Below, one piece after another: positions 40,201 to 51,470 of a stretch of 64,000 nucleotides of DNA. Each line of letters opens with the position of its first letter. Within the stretch, counting starts at the first letter, position 1. The DNA is from Candidatus Versatilivorator sp. (GTDB taxonomy: Bacteria > Acidobacteriota > Terriglobia > Versatilivoradales > Versatilivoraceae): contig OZ242296.1 of assembly GCA_965207735.1 (NCBI GenBank), positions 2,368,001 to 2,432,000 of the forward strand, in the 5' to 3' direction. The notes under the pieces were generated by a model, which did not search any database, was not told the origin of the DNA, and saw only the letters and a list, made by a program, of their open reading frames with translations. The translations under genes and the position numbers were made by a program.

Positions 40201-43200
40201 TGAATCGCCTGGAATTTCTAAACCTGGCACACAACTCCTTGATGAACTTACCTGAGGGGGTCTTCAGCGGGCTGAGCAGCCTGGAGCATCTGGACCTTTC
40301 CGGCAACTCCCTAACCAACTTGCGGAAACGAATCTTCGGCGAACTCACTGAACTGAAACGGCTGAACCTGACTCGCACCTCCCTGACCGATTTACCCGAA
40401 GGCGTTTTCGACGACGTGCTCGATACGTTGGGCAGGCCTTACCGGTTCGGCAGACAAGACAATCAGGGAGGTCTACTGTTGGACCCCGACCTGCAGGCCA
40501 CACTTGCCTTCCTATGGCCCGAGCAGACGGCCATGGCAGGAGACGAGGTCAGTGTGACTGTGTCCTTGACCCGTCCATTGCCGGTCTCGCTTCGCGTCCC
40601 CTATACATTGCATGTAGCCGGCGGCAGCGGGGCGACCGACACCATGACCGAGCTGTCTCCCTCGCCGCCCGACCAGTTGCTGATTCCAGCCGGAGAAACC
40701 CGCGGCGATATCACTTTGACCCTCGAGGGGAACATCAGGCCGGGCGACACCGTCGTTTTGAGCCTGGGCGAACTCACCGAAATCGGACTGCGCCGATCCG
40801 ACGGCGAGGGGAGCGACGCTCCCTATCTGTGGACCGCAGCTCTGCTGCGCATGCCGATTACAAGAGGTCCACATTTGGTCATCCTGGCCAGCGCGGCCGC
40901 GCAGGGAGGCTGCGACCGAACAGAGCCCGTCCGTGACAGGCTGATGGAGATTGCCGGAGTTGCGGACTGCGAAGAAGTCACTGCACAGCATCTGGCCGGC
41001 GTGAGAGAGCTGGACCTGACCCGAGCCGGCATCAGCAAACTCCACTCTCGCGACTTCCACGGCCTGGTCAATCTCGAACATCTGAACCTCAACGGAAACT
41101 CCTTGGCCCTATTCCCGAAGGGGATCTTTGATGAGCTGCGTCGTCTGGAGTCCCTGAACCTGTCCGGCAATCCCCTGGAATCCTTGCCGGAGGAGCTTTT
41201 CCGCGGGCTCGGCAGCCTGAAAGTGCTGACAATTTCCCAGGAAGTCCATCCCAATCGCCTATTGACCCACTTGCCGGAACGTCTCCTAGCGGGACTCGGG
41301 AGCCTGCAGATTCTGGACCTGTCTCGCAATGCCCTGAAACGATTGCCGGAGCAGATCTTCAAAGGGCTCGCCAAGCTGGAATATCTGGATCTTTCCGGTA
41401 ATGTCCTGGCTGACTTGCCAGCGGGAATCTTCAGAGGGCTCAGCCAAATGAAACACCTCGACCTGTCTGGCAACCAGTCAAGTAGGCACGTTCTGAACCG
41501 CCTGCCGAAGGGAATCTTCGACGACCCGCTCGAAACCCTGGGCGGTCCTTACAGGCTGGATGGAGAGATCCATCAGGGACAACTCCGCTCAAGCCTGAGG
41601 ACCACGCTCGATTTCGCTGCCTCCGGACAGACAGCACGGCAGGGGGGCGTCGTCAAAGCCGCGGTCACCTTGAACCGGGTGTTGCCGGTGGCCGTCCGCG
41701 TTCCTTATTCCATCGGCGGCACGGCGACGGCTGACGCCTACACCGGCCTTTCGCCTTCGCCCTCCGACGGCTTGCTCTTTCCCGCGGGAGAGGTAAGACG
41801 CGACATCGTCTTCACTCTCTTGAAGGACACCCCCAGCCAAGGGGAAACCATCACGTTGACTCTTGCCAAGCCCGCTCAAGTCCGGCTGCGTCCTTCCGAG
41901 GGGACAGGGATTGACGCTCCCTATCTGGGCTTGGATACCTTTACGCACCCCGACCGTATCGACGAAAAACCCACCCATGTCGTCACTATTTCCGAGGCGG
42001 GCTCGGGTGACCCGGATCAAGGGCGGGCCCTGTTTGTCCCGGTCATTCTGACCGCGGCCGGACGCAACAACTCCTTCTTTACCTCGGAACTGACCGTGAC
42101 CAACCGGGGTTCCGAGCCGGCACTCCTCAACTACAGCTACACGGCGGATGCAGGCGGGGGAAGCGGCACGGCCACCGACAGGCTCGACGCAGGTCGGCAG
42201 AAGATCGAGATCGACGCCATCGACTATCTCAGGAGGCTGGGGATTCCCATTCCCGCAACCGGCAATCGGATCGGGACTCTGAGAGTGGACGTGTCGGGGT
42301 CTTTCGGAGTGGGAGTCATGGCCAGGACCGCCACCGCCGTACCCGAGGGCCGCGCCGGACTGGCCTATCCGGGGGTTCCGGGGGAGGAGGGGTTCCAGCA
42401 AGCAGTCTATTTGTGCGGCCTCAGGCAGAACAGCCGCGACCGTTCCAACGTGGCCTTCCAGCACATGGGGGCTCCGGGAGAGGGGGCGATCACGCTGCGG
42501 ACGACGGTGTATTCGGGGGAGGCATCCGACGCCAGCCCCCGGGTGCTTGAAGATGTCAGGCTCGAGCCGGGAGGGTTCCACCAGTACTCGGGCCTGCTGG
42601 GCAGGGTGGAGAACGGCTACGTGAGGGTGGAGCGGGTGGAGGGAGAGGCGCCCTTCTACGCCTACGGAGTGATCAACGACCAGGTGAACTCGGACGGGTC
42701 GTTCATCTTTCCGGTGACGGCCGGATCCCTGGAGGGGAAGACGAGTCAGACTTTGCCGGTCATCGTGGAGACCAGCGAGTTCAGGAGCGAGCTGACGGTG
42801 ACGAACTTCTCGGAGGAGCCCCGGACCCTGGATTTCGAGTTTGTGGGCGAGCAAGTCGGGACCAACGACAGGACGGCTGCCTTCAGCATGGAGTTGGAAT
42901 CCGGCCAGCAGGAGATCGTCCCCGAGGTTGTAGAGGAGCTGCGGCGCCAGGGAGTGGCGGGGCTGGGGGCGACCCGGGGTTTCTACGCGGGTCCGGTGTT
43001 CGTCACGGCGGAAGAGGGAGACCTGAGCGGGATCGTGATCGGAGCCAGGACAGGTTCAAAAGGCGGTGGTGGGCAATACAGCGTCTTCTACAACGCGGTG
43101 CCGGACGGTGAGGCATTCGCCCAAGAGGCCTGGGTGGAGGGGCTGCAGCAGAACGAGGAGAACCGGAGCAACCTGGCGCTGGTCAACACGGGAGAAGTGG

Positions 43201-43469
43201 ACAACAGCGACAGCATCTTTCATCTGGAGATCTTCGACGGAGAGACGGGGATGCTGGTGGAGACGGTGGTGACCAGGCCGATCCCGGCCCGGAGCTGGCA
43301 TCAGATCAACGGGATCCTGGGCAGAGCTTCTCCGGAGACCAGCCAGGGGTATGTCCGGATCGAGAAGGTGTCGGGTGCCAACCCGTTCCTGGCCTACGGG
43401 GTGGTCAACGACGGCGGGGCTCCGGGAGAGAGAAGCGGCGACGGAGCCTATATCCCGGCCCGCGAATAG
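37245..43469 (+). CDS. Giant modular leucine-rich repeat surface protein with Calx-beta-like spacers and duplicated C-terminal beta domain
   Basis: Four modules start GxC[DN]R[TS] (37398, 38598, 39525, 40905), each with 24-aa LRRs (LxxLPxGIFDGLxxLxxLxL); signal ends AAA-Q; start may be 37197. Confidence 0.9.
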   Translation: MKKLHRSDTEEPAPNPSPHRSRTAISRHRRGLNRVWTTLLVLTLPTTAAAQGICDRTPEVQNVLMNVTGVRPCGEVTARHLSVVRTLSISASGRLSLQAHDFEGLTGLKTLAFGGPSVSLPRGVLDALAGLESLYLNFGNVETRRWPEGIFQGLGQLKRLELSLRHPGNLPAGVFDGLGSLEYLDLNFNHQASLPAGVFVGLGGLKHLDLSHNYLTGLPVGIFRDLGSLVTLNLSSNQLTYLSEGIFDGLVSLENLNLSTNSLIGLSAKVFDGLSSLKGLGLHFTDLTRLPEGIFDDVLDTLGGPYTFAGSTGEGQLRLDQRLWSTLAFPWTEQIVSAGEAVKVTVVLSRPLPVAVRVPYALGGTAPLEAYTDLSPSPSHGLLFLAGETRKEITFTLQQRARPGDTIVFTLGKEIRLRRSDGTGPETFLLGGMFYLRDTAHTVSVDKPVQPGVCDRTPEVRDQLMQIAGVSNCKEVAATHLAGVTELNLRQSHVGSLLTHDFRGLVNLENLSLAYCSLANLPKGVFDGLSNLKRLELEANQLIYLPEGSFDGLGNLEYLNLWQNDLTHLPERIFDGLSSLKWLGLRENQLSRLPEGTFDEVLDTLGGPYAFSGETFQGDLVLEPALKATLNFSSDEQVVSEEDTVTVTVVLGKPLPVAVRAPYAVSGSEASELFTDLSPSPSDGLLFPAGETHREITLALNKTARQPGAIVLTLGGLSEIELLRSDGTGAEAPYLESGVLIDDAFEGSTHTVIVTAPAAQGICNRSPQVRDHLLLNTGISGVSNCWEVTAAHLAGVRGLTFSSFSGITEFQSDDFRGLSGLIELSLQEIPLTSLPVGIFDELISLKKLNLFRNSLTSLPEGIFDSLVSLEYLDLAGNSLTGLPEGVFDRLGRVKELKLNGNPLTSLPVRIFSGLGSLEYLGLNETFLTSLSDGIFDGLSRLESLDLWTNSLTALPVGIFEELSNLKTIQLVNGPLTHLPARIFEGLNRLEFLNLAHNSLMNLPEGVFSGLSSLEHLDLSGNSLTNLRKRIFGELTELKRLNLTRTSLTDLPEGVFDDVLDTLGRPYRFGRQDNQGGLLLDPDLQATLAFLWPEQTAMAGDEVSVTVSLTRPLPVSLRVPYTLHVAGGSGATDTMTELSPSPPDQLLIPAGETRGDITLTLEGNIRPGDTVVLSLGELTEIGLRRSDGEGSDAPYLWTAALLRMPITRGPHLVILASAAAQGGCDRTEPVRDRLMEIAGVADCEEVTAQHLAGVRELDLTRAGISKLHSRDFHGLVNLEHLNLNGNSLALFPKGIFDELRRLESLNLSGNPLESLPEELFRGLGSLKVLTISQEVHPNRLLTHLPERLLAGLGSLQILDLSRNALKRLPEQIFKGLAKLEYLDLSGNVLADLPAGIFRGLSQMKHLDLSGNQSSRHVLNRLPKGIFDDPLETLGGPYRLDGEIHQGQLRSSLRTTLDFAASGQTARQGGVVKAAVTLNRVLPVAVRVPYSIGGTATADAYTGLSPSPSDGLLFPAGEVRRDIVFTLLKDTPSQGETITLTLAKPAQVRLRPSEGTGIDAPYLGLDTFTHPDRIDEKPTHVVTISEAGSGDPDQGRALFVPVILTAAGRNNSFFTSELTVTNRGSEPALLNYSYTADAGGGSGTATDRLDAGRQKIEIDAIDYLRRLGIPIPATGNRIGTLRVDVSGSFGVGVMARTATAVPEGRAGLAYPGVPGEEGFQQAVYLCGLRQNSRDRSNVAFQHMGAPGEGAITLRTTVYSGEASDASPRVLEDVRLEPGGFHQYSGLLGRVENGYVRVERVEGEAPFYAYGVINDQVNSDGSFIFPVTAGSLEGKTSQTLPVIVETSEFRSELTVTNFSEEPRTLDFEFVGEQVGTNDRTAAFSMELESGQQEIVPEVVEELRRQGVAGLGATRGFYAGPVFVTAEEGDLSGIVIGARTGSKGGGGQYSVFYNAVPDGEAFAQEAWVEGLQQNEENRSNLALVNTGEVDNSDSIFHLEIFDGETGMLVETVVTRPIPARSWHQINGILGRASPETSQGYVRIEKVSGANPFLAYGVVNDGGAPGERSGDGAYIPARE

Positions 43470-43556
43470 GCCTTCGCTGCGACGGTTGCCCGAGGGAAGC
43501 TCTGGCTGGTAGCGTCGTGTTATTCACTTTATGGTTACCCTGCCTCAACCCGCAAT

Positions 43557-44684
43557 TCAAGCCACCACCCAGCTCCTCAGCAAGTCGTCCAACTGGCGGG
43601 TGGACAGCGGTCCGGCGTCGGCCAGGCGCTTGATTTCCTGAGTAATCTCCCTGAGCTGGGTGTCTCCGAAATGCAGTCCCAGCTCCTGCGCCCGGTTCTG
43701 AATGGCGTTCTTGCCGGTCAGACGGTGGCCGATGCTGATGGTGCGCTCCATCCCGAAATCCTGAGGATCGATGGGTTCATAGGCTCCGGGGTTGAGCATG
43801 ACCGCCTTGGTGTGCATCCCCGCCTTGTGGGTGAAGCTGGTCTCTCCGGTGATGTAGTTGTTGAAAGGAATCCGGATTCCCACGATTCCGGCGACCATCC
43901 GGTCCAGGTGATGCAGTTGATCCAACCGGTACTTGGTGACCAGTTCCCGATCATAGGAGTAGAGCCGGGCAATCAGGCCTCCCAACGGGGTGATGCCGTT
44001 GCGCTCGCCGATCCCCAGCACGCTGGTGTCGATATGGGTGGCTCCCGCCTCCAGAGCCGTAAAGCTGTTGGCGATGGCGCAGCCGCTGTCGTTGTGCCCG
44101 TGAAACTCGATGTCAGCCTTGATGCGCTTCTTCAGCTCGGACACCAGGGTATAGAGCTGCCGGGGCGTCGCAATGCCCACCGTGTCGGCCAGCCCGATCC
44201 GGTCCACGCCGAGTTCGTCCACGGCCTGGTAGACCCTGAGCAGATCCTCTTCCTCGCTTCTAAAAGTGTCTTCGCTGGAAAACCGGACCTCGCAGCCCGA
44301 CTGCTTGATAAAGTCGATCACCACTCGAGCGCTTGCGATGATCTCGTCAATCGTCTTGCCATGGCTGAAACGGCGCAGATAGGAGGAGGTTCCGAAGAGG
44401 ATGTCCACCCCGTCCACCCCCGTGGCCACCGCCTTGCGCGCATCGTCCATGTGGCAGCGCGTGTGGGTCAGGATCTTGCAGTTCAAGCCCAGGCCGGCAA
44501 TGGTCTTGCAGTCTTCAAAGGACTGGGGGGAAGCCGCCGGTGAGGTCAGCTCAATGTATTCCACCCCGAACGCGTCGAGAGCCCTGGCGATCCGAATCTT
44601 CTCTTCGATGGTGTAATGGGCCTTGGCGAACTGTTCGCCTTCCCGAAGCGTGGAGTCGATCACTGAGAAGGATTGAATGGACAT
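43557..44684 (-). CDS. Homocitrate synthase (alpha-aminoadipate lysine pathway type)
   Basis: [50 protein letters not shown]; no C-terminal LeuA regulatory domain. Confidence 0.85.
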   Translation of the reverse strand: MSIQSFSVIDSTLREGEQFAKAHYTIEEKIRIARALDAFGVEYIELTSPAASPQSFEDCKTIAGLGLNCKILTHTRCHMDDARKAVATGVDGVDILFGTSSYLRRFSHGKTIDEIIASARVVIDFIKQSGCEVRFSSEDTFRSEEEDLLRVYQAVDELGVDRIGLADTVGIATPRQLYTLVSELKKRIKADIEFHGHNDSGCAIANSFTALEAGATHIDTSVLGIGERNGITPLGGLIARLYSYDRELVTKYRLDQLHHLDRMVAGIVGIRIPFNNYITGETSFTHKAGMHTKAVMLNPGAYEPIDPQDFGMERTISIGHRLTGKNAIQNRAQELGLHFGDTQLREITQEIKRLADAGPLSTRQLDDLLRSWVVA

Positions 44685-44706
44685 GAACAGACCTCTTTCA
44701 GTGAAT

Positions 44707-44750
44707 ATCCTGCGCCATGTTCATGCCCCCTGGTGAGAAATGCGGGCTAG
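44707..44750 (-). mobile_element. Left-end fragment of MITE family A
   Basis: atcctgcgccatgttcatgccccctggtgagaaatgcgggctag is the near-exact reverse complement of 58925-58968. Confidence 0.85.
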
Positions 44751-44775
44751 CGCCCCGGGGAGAGCCACGGCCTCA

Positions 44776-45198
44776 CTAGCCGCTCCCGCCGGCCCTGTGA
44801 CTCACTTGCACCCGAATCAGGGCCCGCTGCAGGCTGGTTCTGGCCCTGAGGAAATCGATTTCGGGATCCTGGAGGCTCGACAGCCGCTTCCGCGCCCGCT
44901 CCATGGAGGCCTGGGCCCGTTCCCTATCCACTTCTTCGGCCCGCTCGGCCCTCTCGGCCAGAACGATCACCTGATCGGACAATACCTCGCAATAGCCCCA
45001 GGTCACCGCCAGATAGCCGGTGCGATCCCCCTGGCGATAGGACAGCTCGCCGATATCCAACTCCGTCATCATGGGAGCATGGCCGGGCAGAATGCCCAGG
45101 AAGCCGTTCTTGCCGGGGACCTGGGCTTCCTCCACCTCCGCCGACACAACCAGGCGTTCGGGGGAGACCACCGTGAGCTTGAAGGTCGAGTCTGCCAT
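44776..45198 (-). CDS. atpC: ATP synthase F1 epsilon
   Basis: LTVVSPER, GFLGILPGHAP; position after atpD. Confidence 0.96.
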   Translation of the reverse strand: MADSTFKLTVVSPERLVVSAEVEEAQVPGKNGFLGILPGHAPMMTELDIGELSYRQGDRTGYLAVTWGYCEVLSDQVIVLAERAERAEEVDRERAQASMERARKRLSSLQDPEIDFLRARTSLQRALIRVQVSHRAGGSG

Positions 45199-45203
45199 GG
45201 AGA

Positions 45204-46676
<1,473 letters not shown>

Positions 46677-46689
46677 TCATTCCCTTCAG

Positions 46690-46777
46690 ATCGTGAATTT
46701 CGAATTGTAGACTTGAGGCAAGATCAGTTGGCTCGATTCCCAATCGACAATCGGAAATCAGCAATCGACAATTCATT

Positions 46778-46778
<1 letters not shown>
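46690..46778. repeat. Family E heptamer inverted array element between atpG and atpD
   Basis: gaattgtagacttgaggcaagatcag...caatcgacaatcggaaatcagcaatcgacaattcatt, closely matching the 17085 copy. Confidence 0.82.
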
Positions 46779-47635
<857 letters not shown>

Positions 47636-47642
47636 GTCCCCC

Positions 47643-49734
<2,092 letters not shown>

Positions 49735-49765
49735 CCCGCAACCTCGAATGCCCTGGCCAACCCGG

Positions 49766-50398
49766 TCAGGACCGGTTGTCCTTCAGCGAACGAACAAACC
49801 TGGAAATGATTCGCTGGTTCTGATTCGGTTCCAGATCCTTTCGCAGCCGTTCCTCCGCCAGATCGACCGCCAACCGGGCCACGTGAGCCTTGAGCTCCAT
49901 TCGCGCCGATCGCTGCAACCCCTCGATCTCCCGCCTGGCCACGGCCACGACCTTTTCAGCCTCGGCATTGGAATTGTCGACGATGCGGCGCCGATCATCG
50001 TCGGACTCGCGGGCCGCCTGCTGCCTCAAGCCATCGATTTCCTCATCCAGGCGAGCCAGACGCGCCTCGATGGCGGACATTTTTGCCCCGGCTTCCTCCT
50101 GAGCCCGCTTGCCGTTGGCGAGCCCTTCCTCGATCCCTCGCGCTCTCGTCTGCAGAAACTCCCGCAGAGGCCGGCGCAAGTAGTAGGCCAGCCCCCCGAA
50201 GAGGAGAAGGAAGTTCCCCCACTTCCACACGATAGACAGAGGGCTCCCGTGATCGTCGCCCGCGGCCGCGGCGCCGTCTGCTGCCTCTTCCCCGGCGGCC
50301 GGCAGAACCAGACAAAAAGCCAGCAACACCCCGGTCAGAGCGATGAGAAAGGATCCCGGCAGGAAACAGCTAGCGCAGGATCGCCTTGACGATTCCAT
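49766..50398 (-). CDS. atpF: ATP synthase F0 subunit b (with N-terminal extension)
   Basis: Transmembrane segment WKWGNFLLLFG followed by coiled coil; operon position. Confidence 0.88.
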   Translation of the reverse strand: MESSRRSCASCFLPGSFLIALTGVLLAFCLVLPAAGEEAADGAAAAGDDHGSPLSIVWKWGNFLLLFGGLAYYLRRPLREFLQTRARGIEEGLANGKRAQEEAGAKMSAIEARLARLDEEIDGLRQQAARESDDDRRRIVDNSNAEAEKVVAVARREIEGLQRSARMELKAHVARLAVDLAEERLRKDLEPNQNQRIISRFVRSLKDNRS

Positions 50399-50792
50399 CT
50401 GCGATATTGGTCAAGTCGGATTCCAGGTCTTTCCTGGCGGAAGCGACCTGGTTCTGCAGTTCGTCTCTGGTGGACTGGACGAGCCCTTGCGCCTCCTGAC
50501 GCCCCTTGGCCAGGATGTCGGATCTCTGCTTCAGAGCTTCAGAGCGAAGGGTCTCTTGTTGGCGGTAGATCTCCAGGCGGGCAGCGTTCAAATGGTCTTG
50601 ATAAATGCGAGACTTCTCCTCGAATTCGCCAATCTTTTCATTGGCTTTTCGCTGCGCACCATGAATCGCCGCGTCCCGATCCTCTAAAATCTTGTTGATG
50701 GGGTTGAAAAATGATCGTTTTAAGATGAAATAGAGGGACAAGACCAGCAGAATAACCACGACCACGGACAGATCTGGCTGCACCAATTCCAT
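50370..50792 (-). CDS. ATP synthase F0 subunit b'
   Basis: N-terminal transmembrane segment, FFNPI..ILEDR, coiled coil. Confidence 0.88.
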   Translation of the reverse strand: MELVQPDLSVVVVILLVLSLYFILKRSFFNPINKILEDRDAAIHGAQRKANEKIGEFEEKSRIYQDHLNAARLEIYRQQETLRSEALKQRSDILAKGRQEAQGLVQSTRDELQNQVASARKDLESDLTNIADGIVKAILR

Positions 50793-50892
50793 AGTTCAGC
50801 GATTCGCAACCCCTGCCCGGCAACCGCCGGGGGCATACTAGATCCCGAGCTCCTTTTTCGACTGCCACCACCAGCCCAAAAAGCATGAGAAA

Positions 50893-50919
50893 ATTATCAC
50901 AAGTAGGCGTTGCGGTCAA
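50893..50919 (-). promoter_or_regulatory. Putative atp promoter
   Basis: TTGACC and extended -10 TGTGATAAT on the minus strand (short 15-bp spacer). Confidence 0.45.
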
Positions 50920-50989
50920 GGTCTGTTTTGCCTCAAACCATCGCCGCTAAAGAGCATAGGAGACACCCCGCCCCGGTGCCGGAGGCCCC

Positions 50990-51382
50990 GTGAAACACAC
51001 CGTCGAAGTCGCTGCCGCCGTCCTCTTCCGGCAGGGGCGCCTGCTCATCACCCAGAGGCTGCCGGACTCCCATCTTTCGGGGCTGTGGGAGCTTCCCGGC
51101 GGCAAGCGCAAGCCCGGGGAATCCATCCGGGAATGCCTGGTCCGGGAGATTCGGGAGGAACTCGACATTCGGGTGGTCGTAGGGGAGCTGTTTGAAACCA
51201 TCCAATACGAATATCCCGAGAAAACCGTTTGCCTGAAATTCTTCCGGTGCCGGTACGAGGGTGGAAACATCCGGGCCTTGGGGTGTCAACGTTTCGAATG
51301 GGTAAGGCCCGATGAGCTCGGGAACTACCGCTTTCCTCCCGCCAACAAATCTCTCATGAAGAAGCTCAGGTCGAATGGCTGA
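50990..51382 (+). CDS. mutT: MutT/NudG-like NUDIX hydrolase
   Basis: WELPGGK..PGES..ECL.REIREEL Nudix box, FPPAN. Confidence 0.85.
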   Translation: MKHTVEVAAAVLFRQGRLLITQRLPDSHLSGLWELPGGKRKPGESIRECLVREIREELDIRVVVGELFETIQYEYPEKTVCLKFFRCRYEGGNIRALGCQRFEWVRPDELGNYRFPPANKSLMKKLRSNG

Positions 51383-51408
51383 GACGAGAGACGGCCCCCA
51401 CTAAACTA

Positions 51409-51441
51409 TTGACAATCCAATGTTAGTTGGCGGATACTAAC
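51409..51441 (+). promoter_or_regulatory. Promoter with overlapping inverted repeat upstream of the TonB-like gene
   Basis: TTGACA-18 bp-GATACT; GTTAGT-N8-ACTAAC at 51422-51441. Confidence 0.55.
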
Positions 51442-51470
51442 GTGTTGGGCAGTAGTGTGCGCGGAAACGA

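Noticed and set aside
37245-43469. Diversity-generating retroelement target in the LRR or Calx-beta genes
   Set aside because: No reverse transcriptase and no template/variable repeat pair with adenine-specific differences was seen.
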